A stretch of DNA of 64,000 bases from an uncultured Methanoregulaceae archaeon (GTDB lineage: Archaea; Halobacteriota; Methanomicrobia; Methanomicrobiales; Methanospirillaceae), in the NCBI GenBank assembly GCA_964605795.1, contig CAZSDZ010000010.1:1372-65371 (forward strand), read 5' to 3'. Made by a program: the position numbers and the translations under genes. This document shows positions 21,305 to 30,667 of this stretch, piece after piece. The notes beneath the pieces are model-generated. The model searched no databases, was not told where the DNA came from, and was given only the letters and a program-made list of their open reading frames with translations. Position 1 is the first letter of the stretch; each line of letters begins with the position of its first letter.

Positions 21305-23404
21305 ATGGAAGTAGAGATAACCGACAGGGACACAGACTGGAAGCGGTTTTTAAAGGCGCGCTACAAGAAGGAACTGGAAGAGATATCCCGTGAATATCCC
21401 TTCCGTCGATCCCTGCAGATAGATTATCACGATGTTGAGAGTTATGGGCGTGTCGGAACCCAGATGGCCGATGAGCTCCTTGAGACTCCGGGAAAAGTTA
21501 TCGGAGACATCAGGGACTGTATCAAAAACCACCAGCTGATTATTTTAAAGAAGGATAAATCGGTCCCCCAGGTAAATATCAGGTTTGTCAACCTGCCAAA
21601 GAAGATCTCAATCCGGCATATCCGTTCTGACCATATTGGAACATTCATCAGTATCGAGGGGATTTTACGGAAAATAACAGAAGTACGACCACGCATAACG
21701 CTTGCGAAATTCAGGTGTCCTTCCGGTCATACCACTTCCCGGGTCCAGGGATACGGAAGTTTTATCGAACCTGATGGGTGTGCCACTGATGGTTGCACCC
21801 ACAAGAAACTTGAACTATATATAAAATTATCTGAGTTTGTTGACTCACAGAAACTGAGGATACAGGAATCCCCGGAAGGGCTTCGGGGAGGTGAGCAACC
21901 GCAAACCCTTGATGTCGATCTTACCGATGATCTGTGTGGGGTTGTAGCGCCCGGGGATCGGGTAATCTTAAATGGCATCCTGAGATCCATGCAGCGCCCA
22001 TCATCGTATGGGAATAAGAGTACGGTCTTTGATATATACCTTGAATGCAACTCAATCGAGATATCAGAGAAAGAGTTTGCAGAAGTGGATATCATGGATG
22101 AGGATATCAAGGCAATAACTGAACTTGCCTCTGATCCCCTTATCTACCGGAAAATCTCCAAATCAATCGCACCAACCGTGTATGGTCATGATGAAGTCAA
22201 GTTAGCGATAGCACTTCAGTTGTTTGGTGGTATCACAAAAGAGATGTTGGATGGCACTCATCTGCGAGGAGATATTCACATTTTGCTGATTGGAGATCCT
22301 GGGGTTGCAAAATCACAGATGATACGGTACGTCTCACGACTGGCTCCCCGATCGATCTATACCAGCGGACAATCTTCAACATCAGCAGGATTAACAGCAA
22401 CGGCAGTAAAAGACGAATTTGGAGACGGGAGATGGACGCTCGAAGCAGGTGCACTGGTTCTTGCAGATATGGGGGTTGCCTGTGTTGACGAGATGGACAA
22501 GATGAATAAGCATGATCGGAGTTCGCTTCATGAAGCAATGGAACAGCAATCGATCAGCGTGGCGAAAGCGGGTATTACCGCAACGCTCCGCTCCCGGTGT
22601 GCACTTCTCGGAGCTGCAAACCCGGCCATGGGACGGTTTGATGATAATATTCCGATTGGTGATCAGATTAATATGCCTCCCTCATTGCTCTCCCGGTTTG
22701 ATCTGCTCTTTACCATGACTGATAAACCGGAAACTGAGAAAGATCGGGCTATTGCTAACCATATCCTGCAATCACACAAGCTCGGGGAACTTATCGCACA
22801 ATATACATATAATCCTGAATCCGGGGTTGAGGAGAGTTCCCTTGAGAAAGAAAAAAAGGGAGTTACTCCTGAGATTGATGAGGTATTGTTCAGGAAATAC
22901 GTTGCATATGCAAAGAGAACCTGTTTTCCATTGTTATCAGACAAGGCACGGGATATGCTGGTAAAAAATTACCTCACTCTGCGTGAAATTGCACAACAGA
23001 ATATGCCTGTTCCAGTTACAGCACGCCAGTTAGAGGCGATTATTCGCCTTGCCGAGGCCAGTGCCCGTATCAGGTTATCATCAACAATCGAAGAGAGCGA
23101 TGCTACTCGTGCCATTGATATCATCAATGAATGTCTGAAAAATGTTGCGTATGACTCAAAAACGGGTGCATTCGACATTGACAGGATTTCTGGGAATACT
23201 AAATCAAAGCGGGATCTGATACGCACTATCAAGGAGATGATAAGAGCAGGAGCAAATGAAAAAGGTCACGCGAATTATCCTGACGTTATTGAAGCAGTGA
23301 AAAAAATGGGATATGCCGAAGATGATGTGAAAAACCAGATCGGACTCTTAAAACAGATAGGCGAAGTGTTAGAGCCTAGAAGAGGTCTTATTCGTCTCAC
23401 ATGA
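21305..23404 (+). CDS. mcm: MCM replicative helicase
   Basis: Zn motif C.SGH....C...C, Walker A GDPGVAKS, Walker B CVDEMDKM, arginine finger SRFDL, and a C-terminal winged-helix-like tail. No intein. Confidence 0.97.
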   Translation: MEVEITDRDTDWKRFLKARYKKELEEISREYPFRRSLQIDYHDVESYGRVGTQMADELLETPGKVIGDIRDCIKNHQLIILKKDKSVPQVNIRFVNLPKKISIRHIRSDHIGTFISIEGILRKITEVRPRITLAKFRCPSGHTTSRVQGYGSFIEPDGCATDGCTHKKLELYIKLSEFVDSQKLRIQESPEGLRGGEQPQTLDVDLTDDLCGVVAPGDRVILNGILRSMQRPSSYGNKSTVFDIYLECNSIEISEKEFAEVDIMDEDIKAITELASDPLIYRKISKSIAPTVYGHDEVKLAIALQLFGGITKEMLDGTHLRGDIHILLIGDPGVAKSQMIRYVSRLAPRSIYTSGQSSTSAGLTATAVKDEFGDGRWTLEAGALVLADMGVACVDEMDKMNKHDRSSLHEAMEQQSISVAKAGITATLRSRCALLGAANPAMGRFDDNIPIGDQINMPPSLLSRFDLLFTMTDKPETEKDRAIANHILQSHKLGELIAQYTYNPESGVEESSLEKEKKGVTPEIDEVLFRKYVAYAKRTCFPLLSDKARDMLVKNYLTLREIAQQNMPVPVTARQLEAIIRLAEASARIRLSSTIEESDATRAIDIINECLKNVAYDSKTGAFDIDRISGNTKSKRDLIRTIKEMIRAGANEKGHANYPDVIEAVKKMGYAEDDVKNQIGLLKQIGEVLEPRRGLIRLT

Positions 23405-23515
23405 TCCCTCTTTTTCTCATAATTGGTTCTTATCCCTCAATCCCGTTTCGTGGGGCAATAATACCACATTCCGGAATTCTGATGGTATTAGTGACGTTGC
23501 ATCGTGTTTCATTAT

Positions 23516-24316
23516 CTATTCATCATCGTTTTTTTGGATTGCCGAAAGGCTCATGAGGTCTCTGAAAGAATGGAGCGTATAATCGGGAGTGAGATCGCAG
23601 GGATTATCGAACCGGTTCCGGTCTCCATATGCGGCATACGCAGTCTGCATTCCAAGGATAAGAGAAGGGCGCATGTCACGGTACAGGGAATCTCCCACGA
23701 ACAAAACCTGCCCGGGTGGGAGACAGAGGCGCTGTAGTGCAAGAATAAAGATATCAGATTCAGGTTTTAGTGTCCCGGTCATCTCCCCTGTCACAAGGAT
23801 GGTAAAGTAACGGGATACCTGCAGGAGTTTTAGTTTCTCTCTGGCGATATGGGTTTTGGAATCAGTCACTACCCCTAGGATTACCTGGTTTTTATGTAAG
23901 TATGAAAGGGTTTGAGACACTCCCGGATAGGGGTAGGTGTTAGCCTTCTTCACAGAGATGTAGATCTCTTTACATCGTTCAAACTCTGACCAGGATATAT
24001 TCCCGTGATGGTTCATATATTCCCAGATTATTTCCGGATCTTCAAGACGCCAGATATCACGAAGAAAAAAATGCAGCAGTTCCTTTCTGCTTCCTGATCC
24101 GAGACAGGAGATAACCGCGTCACACGCTTTTAATTTTGCTTTGACAAAATCAAACAGGGTATTATCCAGATCAAACAGAACTGCACGAACCGGTTTTGTG
24201 GTTTGCTCTCCTGTTTGTGAACCTTGGTTTTGTTTTTCAGGGAGGATGTCTCTCTTTTCTGCACGAATATCGTGTTCTGCTCCTTCTTCTCTCATCCCTG
24301 GTGCATATGTTTCCAT
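23516..24316 (-). CDS. HAD-superfamily hydrolase (subfamily IA)
   Basis: Motif I FDLDNTLFDF, motif II VVTDS, motif III/IV K....F.....L......VLFVGDS. GGAGG lies upstream of ATG 24316. The N-terminal 45 aa are low-complexity. Confidence 0.8.
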   Translation of the reverse strand: METYAPGMREEGAEHDIRAEKRDILPEKQNQGSQTGEQTTKPVRAVLFDLDNTLFDFVKAKLKACDAVISCLGSGSRKELLHFFLRDIWRLEDPEIIWEYMNHHGNISWSEFERCKEIYISVKKANTYPYPGVSQTLSYLHKNQVILGVVTDSKTHIAREKLKLLQVSRYFTILVTGEMTGTLKPESDIFILALQRLCLPPGQVLFVGDSLYRDMRPSLILGMQTAYAAYGDRNRFDNPCDLTPDYTLHSFRDLMSLSAIQKNDDE

Positions 24317-24987
24317 CTTCTTCCTCCTAAACCCGATGCTCCTGGATCTTCATAGGCATCAAGATAATACCGATTGATGGCGAGCACGACACGATCGCAG
24401 TCCTTTACCTGATGGATGTGTGAGATTGTGAAAATATCTGTATCTTTCTTTTTAATTGTTGTTGCCTTGTTTGCGTAAATCCATCGCAATACCCTGATTT
24501 AGTTGTCATTATGAAGGGGTGTGCGAAGCACTTCATCGATTCTCCTGATTAATTATATTTTAAGGAAGGAGGGTGCTTCTCGTCCCAAAAATCATATCCC
24601 TCCAGACAGATCCGGGAATGCCTGGTAAACCTGGATTTTTGTTAGGATATCCAAAAATGAGAAGATATCATCGGTATAAAAGATACGGCAAAAAAATCAC
24701 TGCCTGGGAAACCATAACAGGTCACTGAATCTGTCCATGAAGGAACAGGGGTATTCCTCGAGATATCATAGGAGTACCGCTGATATGAGGGGACGGTTCT
24801 GTTAGGATATGCATCTCGTGAAAATACGGTGATATCAGGATAAAAAGGTAACACCGGTGCCTGTTGCTCCCGTACAGTCTCAGGAAAGGAATTATAAATA
24901 AGGTACAATTTTTTGACAGAAGTTATCAGGCAGGTGTCGCGATCGTAAAGCAAAGCTGATATTGTCTGAAATCAAAATATTCACGCA

Positions 24988-26496
24988 ATGAGTCCAAATC
25001 CCTTCAAGTCTCTCTTTACTTCTGCTCCTAAACCCCACATCGTTACCAGTCCCCCTCCGCCCCTTATTATATCCGGGCCGGGACTTGAGAAACGTGAGTA
25101 TAATACAAAACCCTATTTTATTGTTGCTTCTGTTGAGATGGGCAATACCACTACCAAGTGTATTCTAACCGGTGTTGATCTGGAGAAGGGGGTCTGCTAT
25201 GTAATCAATAAAACCGTCAGCATGAGCAGGGATGTTCGCAAGCCAAAACCGGGTGAAGAGATATTTGGCCAGACTCTTGACGGAACGGATCTGACCCGCG
25301 AGTCTGTTACTGAGCTCGTTCGGGAGACGATTATTACCTGCCACGCAGAGGCGAAACTGGATATCAAGGATGACCTGGATTTTGTAGTACGCAGTACCGG
25401 CGTTGTTGCAGCAATGGATTCACCTGATCAGGTAGGAGATTTTGTTATTGCGCTTGCAAACGGTTGCCTTGCAGCAGGGGTTCCTCCGAAAAAGATGACT
25501 CCCCCGATGTCAAAAGCAAACCAGTCGAAAAAATTACAGCCATTCTCTTTTGCGGATCGGGTCAACTTTTCCGGTGCAGTTGCAGGGGTTGTCCCTCCCC
25601 GGGGGGCGACCGGTGTTGAGATGGTGGCAAATGAGATGGAAGGAGAACTTGCGATGGCAGGTATCAAAGAAGGGGCAAAATGGACCCCGGTTGATTTCAG
25701 GAATCCCTGTATTGCGATTGATTTTGGCACGACACTTGACGGGAGGATTACCAGTGACGTTCCTCCTGATGCAAGTGATCCTTTTGCAAATACCATAGGG
25801 AATTTCTGCGGTCTTGCCGGTTCGATCCTTGATGGTATTATCAGGGGTACTGGCCTTGTGGATGCCAGAACCGGAACTGCACTTGATATCTTTGGTGACA
25901 GTCCAAAAAAGATGATGGGGATTAGCAGCGCGAAAAAATCGCGCATTATCGATGAGTATGTTCATCGCTGTCATGAACAGATATCGGTAGAAGTGGTTCC
26001 TTCCCATCGCAGGAAATATGGAAAAGTACCCGTGTATGCTGATATCGCACAAAAGTCTGGTGTAACCCTTATTGGGATTGATGTCGGGGAGAATGGGGAT
26101 GCAATGGACAAGCTTGAGCAGATCGGAAAGGAGGTTTATCACGAACAATCACTGGATGTCTTGCGAACCGTCATCGATAGGACCGGTGCAGAGATGGCAC
26201 TGCGACTCATCGATATCTCTGCCGAATGCGGTTTTATTACCGAGAATACTTCGATAGGGTTCACCGGCCGGGCGGCGATCTCAGGGAATAAACCCCATTT
26301 TATCCTTGATGGCATCATGAAGCGGAAATTATTTCATGATCCAATCAATCATCTGGTTTTTGTGGATGACGGACTCGCACGGGGGGCAGCCCTTATGGGA
26401 AGATGCATGAACTCGCTCGGGAAACCATCAATGCCGATAGGCGGAGCAACCGGAGGAAAATGTATCATGTCACGAAGGATCGCTATCGGGCGGTGA
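24988..26496 (+). CDS. Methanogenesis marker 14-like protein (ASKHA / diol-dehydratase-reactivase-like fold)
   Basis: N-terminal YFIVASVEMGNTTTKCILT motif and about 500 aa length match my recollection of TIGR03285. Not verified. Confidence 0.55.
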   Translation: MSPNPFKSLFTSAPKPHIVTSPPPPLIISGPGLEKREYNTKPYFIVASVEMGNTTTKCILTGVDLEKGVCYVINKTVSMSRDVRKPKPGEEIFGQTLDGTDLTRESVTELVRETIITCHAEAKLDIKDDLDFVVRSTGVVAAMDSPDQVGDFVIALANGCLAAGVPPKKMTPPMSKANQSKKLQPFSFADRVNFSGAVAGVVPPRGATGVEMVANEMEGELAMAGIKEGAKWTPVDFRNPCIAIDFGTTLDGRITSDVPPDASDPFANTIGNFCGLAGSILDGIIRGTGLVDARTGTALDIFGDSPKKMMGISSAKKSRIIDEYVHRCHEQISVEVVPSHRRKYGKVPVYADIAQKSGVTLIGIDVGENGDAMDKLEQIGKEVYHEQSLDVLRTVIDRTGAEMALRLIDISAECGFITENTSIGFTGRAAISGNKPHFILDGIMKRKLFHDPINHLVFVDDGLARGAALMGRCMNSLGKPSMPIGGATGGKCIMSRRIAIGR

Positions 26497-26608
26497 TTTC
26501 CAGTCCCGGTTTTTGAAGGATCGGTACCTATTATTGATTTTCTTCATTAATTGTTGAGTTGAAAAAAGACGAAAATACAAGAAGATTTGATTGCACACGG
26601 AAGATAAC

Positions 26609-26872
26609 ATGTCCCAAATTAATAATAATCAGGATAATAGCAACCAGAATGAACCGTTATATGATCTCATATTCCCTCCGGGCACACCCCGTTCAATCAT
26701 CAGGGATATCATAACGAGGTTTGATGTTGAGATGGTTGAACGGACAGAGAGATTGTCGTTTGCGAATATGGACGGGGATGCCCGTACACTTCTCGCAGTT
26801 CGGGGTCCCCATGCCGTAATGCAGGAAGTAGAAGCGTATTTTAAAGAAAAGATGGTTGAATTTGTCAGTTAA
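26609..26872 (+). CDS. Small hypothetical protein (87 aa, N/Q-rich N-terminus)
   Basis: ATG at 26609 inside a TTG-initiated ORF, same strand as and 112 nt after the marker-14-like gene. No family recognised. Confidence 0.4.
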   Translation: MSQINNNQDNSNQNEPLYDLIFPPGTPRSIIRDIITRFDVEMVERTERLSFANMDGDARTLLAVRGPHAVMQEVEAYFKEKMVEFVS

Positions 26873-27506
26873 TCTCGTGAGTTCTTCGCTTTGATCTGCC
26901 TAAAAGAGAGAGCATACCAATACCAAGCGGAGCAATAAAAACCGAAAGTGGCGTTGATGGCACCGTCACCGGTGCGGTAATCTCTTCTCTCGTAACCTCA
27001 TGGGTATCCGGTGTATCAGAAGATTTTGGTGGTAAAGACACAACCTCTCCGTTACCGGTGTCGGGTATCTTTACCGCATTTTCATTCCGTTCTGTATCTG
27101 AAGAGAAGGCGGGTTCAAGAAGGTTAAAGGTCTCGGTCTGGATGTAATTTTTCCCGATAACCTCTGTTCGAACCATGTAGAGATCCGGGCTCCACCCTGC
27201 AGTATCAAAGGTAAACGACCAGGTATTTCCTGTTGTATCCTCAGTCTTTAGAACCGGAACAACTCCTGAAATTCCTCCCATAATGGCGGGATCAAATTTC
27301 TGAACTGGTCCGAATGATGCCGGGTAAATCTCTATCAGTATCTGGTTATCGGGATTAAAATTGGTGATGCCCTGTATGGTAATCTCGTCAGATACGATGT
27401 GATCACCAGGAGGGAGCATACCGGATGCTGATACTGATGCAATGATAATGATTACAATACAGGAACATGCAAGACTCATGTTTACGATTGATTTCTTCTT
27501 GTGCAT
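26865..27506 (-). CDS. Secreted protein with N-terminal signal peptide and C-terminal TM-plus-basic-tail anchor
   Basis: Signal-like segment SLACSCIVIIIIASVSA, a beta-rich core, an S/T/P/E linker, and the C-terminus PLSVFIAPLGIGMLSLLGRSKRR. Confidence 0.7.
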   Translation of the reverse strand: MHKKKSIVNMSLACSCIVIIIIASVSASGMLPPGDHIVSDEITIQGITNFNPDNQILIEIYPASFGPVQKFDPAIMGGISGVVPVLKTEDTTGNTWSFTFDTAGWSPDLYMVRTEVIGKNYIQTETFNLLEPAFSSDTERNENAVKIPDTGNGEVVSLPPKSSDTPDTHEVTREEITAPVTVPSTPLSVFIAPLGIGMLSLLGRSKRRTHEIN

Positions 27507-27738
27507 ACGTATTCATTACGATTCGTCTTATTTATGATTACCAGGTGTTTAATACTTCTGCATAAATTGTGTTACCTGATCATTGCACGGGTTTTGGTGT
27601 GATATTTTTCTTGGCACGCCATGCACAGATTCAATTAAAGAAAGAACATAAAACAATAAAAGCATTTGATCGTGTAGAGAAGGATACGATAGTGGTAGGA
27701 TAGTGATATATCATGCAATATCAGAACGGGGGAATAGA

Positions 27739-29355
27739 ATGATATTAGTCTCTAAAAATATTATTCCCTCTCTTTTGGTTGTTTCCCTCATCATAATGGG
27801 GTTAAGTGGCATAGGAGAGGCAGCACCGGTTGATGAACAGTTTCCTGCAACAGATCTTCTGACTTCTGTTATCGGGATGATACAAAAAACTGCAGCAGGG
27901 ACGGGGGAACTTTCTCAAACGCTCAAAAACCGGCCGTTTCAGACCGCCGAACAGGAAAAGTGGCATACCGCCATAGAGTATCCTGATGACTGGCTGCAAC
28001 AGGGGAACCTGCCGGGAGGTATTGATCTTTTCGTATCTCCTGATGCAAGAAGGGGAACGTTTGTTGCCGTTGCGATTCCGGTTGTCACCGGATATGAAAA
28101 TACACCCCAGGGATTGGCTCAACTTGAGAACCTTGCAGCAGTTAAGGTAAAAAACAGTCTTGGCCTTGAGAAGATATCCGGTGACGACGTCTCCTTTCTC
28201 GGTCTCCCGGGAAAAGAGATCCAATTTTCTGGTTTAGATGGAGCAGGGTCTCAGATTATTGTGGGAATCGTATTTACCGTTATAGATCACCGGATTTATG
28301 AGATTGATTACGGGTACTATGATCTTTTCAATTATCCACAGACTGACATCCCGGTTATCAGAAAGATGATTGATTCGTTTACGATTGATCTGACCCGGCC
28401 GGCAGGTGTCTCTTTTTCCGAATCCATTGAGACGAATCCTACTATCTATCTTCACCCCGCAACAACTGCAGTTGCCGTATCAGGGAATACTGATGTATCG
28501 GTTCTCATGGACATGGCTCCTCTTGGGTTATCAGGATACCAGATACAGATCTCACTTTCAAATCCATCTCTTGGTGAGATCACAGAAGTGAAACAGCCTG
28601 GTTGGGCAGGATTATTCTCGGTAGATCCGCCGCGAGGATCATCGGTAACGGTGAAAGCTGCAGATACTGCCATGGACGTAAACCCGGGAGATACCGATAT
28701 TCTTCTTGCTACCGTAACAATACAGGGAAAACAGGAGGGTGAATGTATCATCACTATTATACCTGATATCGTGGATGATGACATCTCTGATCGCTATAAT
28801 CCCACAATCGTGCCGGGAACACTCACGGTCACCGGAACAGGGCCAGGACCCTCGCTCTCGCTGGATCTCTATCCCGGATGGAATTGTATCTCATCTCCAC
28901 GGCAGTTAGCTCCCGGGTATGATACTGCATCGTTATTCTCAACGATTGACACGGCCGGCAGAAGTATCTGGCTCTATGATGCCGGTATTGACAGCTGGAT
29001 AAGTGCTGATGCACAGACGGTGATTAACCCGATGCAGGGGATCTGGATCTACTCCCAGAATCAGTCAACGGTGACATTCATCTTTAAACCAATCCAGAAA
29101 AACCCTGAAACTACCCTAGAGAGAGGATGGAATCTTTTTGGACCCGGGATCCTGGTACCAGGAAAAGCAAAGGATGTTCTTGTTCCTATACAGTCCTCCT
29201 GGACCCAGATCCTACCGTTTCATGCGAGCAACCAGATATGGGAACCTGCGATAGTTAACGGTGGAAACGGCCAGTTCTCTGATGACCGGGTTATATATCC
29301 CGGTCAGGGGTACTGGATATATATGACAGAAAAGGCACATCTTACGGAACGATAA
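27739..29355 (+). CDS. Secreted protein with a central cohesin-like domain and a C-terminal two-fold-repeat domain
   Basis: Signal anchor (IIPSLLVVSLIIMGLSGIGEA). Residues about 247-377 of the listed ORF show a cohesin-like pattern (VSGNTDVSVLMD..LGLSGYQIQISL.NPSLGEI..V, DILLATVTIQGK.EGECII, VPGTLTV). ATG at 27739. Confidence 0.6.
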   Translation: MILVSKNIIPSLLVVSLIIMGLSGIGEAAPVDEQFPATDLLTSVIGMIQKTAAGTGELSQTLKNRPFQTAEQEKWHTAIEYPDDWLQQGNLPGGIDLFVSPDARRGTFVAVAIPVVTGYENTPQGLAQLENLAAVKVKNSLGLEKISGDDVSFLGLPGKEIQFSGLDGAGSQIIVGIVFTVIDHRIYEIDYGYYDLFNYPQTDIPVIRKMIDSFTIDLTRPAGVSFSESIETNPTIYLHPATTAVAVSGNTDVSVLMDMAPLGLSGYQIQISLSNPSLGEITEVKQPGWAGLFSVDPPRGSSVTVKAADTAMDVNPGDTDILLATVTIQGKQEGECIITIIPDIVDDDISDRYNPTIVPGTLTVTGTGPGPSLSLDLYPGWNCISSPRQLAPGYDTASLFSTIDTAGRSIWLYDAGIDSWISADAQTVINPMQGIWIYSQNQSTVTFIFKPIQKNPETTLERGWNLFGPGILVPGKAKDVLVPIQSSWTQILPFHASNQIWEPAIVNGGNGQFSDDRVIYPGQGYWIYMTEKAHLTER

Positions 29356-29358
29356 TTT

Positions 29359-30666
29359 ATGAGCAATCATCACCTGAAGATCTCTGCCCTCGTCATTTTG
29401 TCCTTCTTTCTTTTTGGCAGCGGGATCTGTACTGCAACCCCGCCCCTCCCCTGTGAATTTTATGGCGGTGTTTTTATCGATGATATCCCGGCACCTGCTG
29501 GAACGAAGATCACTGCTCTTATAAATGGAATCTCTCACGGAGAGATAATCACTGAAAATGACGGGTTTTATGGTGGTCCTGCCCTTTTTGATCGTCGTCT
29601 GACCGTTGCTGCCAGTGAAGACGAGCTTGGCTCTGGTATTGGCACCATCGTATTTCTGATAAATGGGATGCAGGCACGAGAGACCGCAGAGTATATCCCT
29701 GGTCTCTCTCAGGAACTTTTACTGACTGCTGGCGGGGATAGGAATCCGGATACAACGGCTCTACCGACTGTTCTGCCAACCATTCCGTATCAGCCGACAC
29801 CACCGCCCGGATCCGGTTTTGAGAGTGCTACGACCTATATATCAGATGATGGTCAGGCGAGGCTTTTGTTTGATGCAGGTGCTCAGATCCTTGATAAAGG
29901 AGTAGCCATTGATCAGGTAGAGATCATCAGAACTGATTCTGCAATGCTGCCTCCGATGTCAGAGTCCTTACAAAAAACATTTACCGGATATGGCTATCGT
30001 ATCGTTCCTGACGGGGCTGTCTTTATTCCTGAGGCTACCTTTATTATCTCTGTCCCTGCTGGTGACCTGCAAAATTATGTCACGAACTTCGCTGTTTTAA
30101 AGATGTTCAGCCCTGCAACCGGCGGATGGCAGAATCAGAATACTGCAATCAATACAAATGCCGGGGAAGTTCATTCAACAGTGACCTGGGCTACCGCGTA
30201 TGCTCTCTTTGTTCAGGAACCAAAACCGGATTCCCCGGCCGGGATTACGATCCCTGATACCCTTCAGGAGCCGGGTACATCCATGGTACTGCCACCCCTT
30301 CCTCCTGACGGGATAACCCCGGGTGCGTTATTACCAGATGAGTCACCGGGATTACCTGATAAATCACCGGGAGCAATACCGCCTGCTGAGATATCAGATT
30401 CACATGCAGTACCTGCTCAGGCAACGGAGGATGTGCACGGGGAGATCCCGCAACCAGAGATGAAAGGATCTTTCTTTGATATCAGAAAAAGTATGGATGC
30501 TGTAAAGAACCAGTTTTTTGGCGTTTTCCAAAGCGTAAAAACCGGTTTGTACTCACTGCAGCAGCGCCTTTTCTCTCCGGTTGGTTACATCGTACTTCTC
30601 TTCCTATTCATTGCGATTGGAAACGTGGTAATTTACCGCTGCTATCAGATAAAATGCAGGAAATAG
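29359..30666 (+). CDS. Secreted protein with C-terminal transmembrane anchor
   Basis: Signal peptide (ISALVILSFFLFGSGICTA), a P.EFYGGV...PAPAGTKITA..NG beta-domain, a Pro-rich linker, and the C-terminal TM YIVLLFLFIAIGNVVIY followed by basic residues. Starts 4 nt after the preceding stop. Confidence 0.7.
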   Translation: MSNHHLKISALVILSFFLFGSGICTATPPLPCEFYGGVFIDDIPAPAGTKITALINGISHGEIITENDGFYGGPALFDRRLTVAASEDELGSGIGTIVFLINGMQARETAEYIPGLSQELLLTAGGDRNPDTTALPTVLPTIPYQPTPPPGSGFESATTYISDDGQARLLFDAGAQILDKGVAIDQVEIIRTDSAMLPPMSESLQKTFTGYGYRIVPDGAVFIPEATFIISVPAGDLQNYVTNFAVLKMFSPATGGWQNQNTAINTNAGEVHSTVTWATAYALFVQEPKPDSPAGITIPDTLQEPGTSMVLPPLPPDGITPGALLPDESPGLPDKSPGAIPPAEISDSHAVPAQATEDVHGEIPQPEMKGSFFDIRKSMDAVKNQFFGVFQSVKTGLYSLQQRLFSPVGYIVLLFLFIAIGNVVIYRCYQIKCRK

Positions 30667-30667
30667 G

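Noticed and set aside
24292-24489. 65-aa minus-strand ORF upstream of, and overlapping, the HAD hydrolase start.
   Set aside because: It needs a TTG start. Its 3' end overlaps the well-placed GGAGG/ATG of the HAD gene in another frame. No recognisable family. It cannot be excluded but is unsupported.
24642-24953. 103-aa minus-strand ORF in the long intergenic region.
   Set aside because: It has a TTG start and an odd composition (Pro/Ser/Tyr/Phe-rich). The DNA repeats in the region run across its stop codon, which argues that the conservation is not protein-coding.
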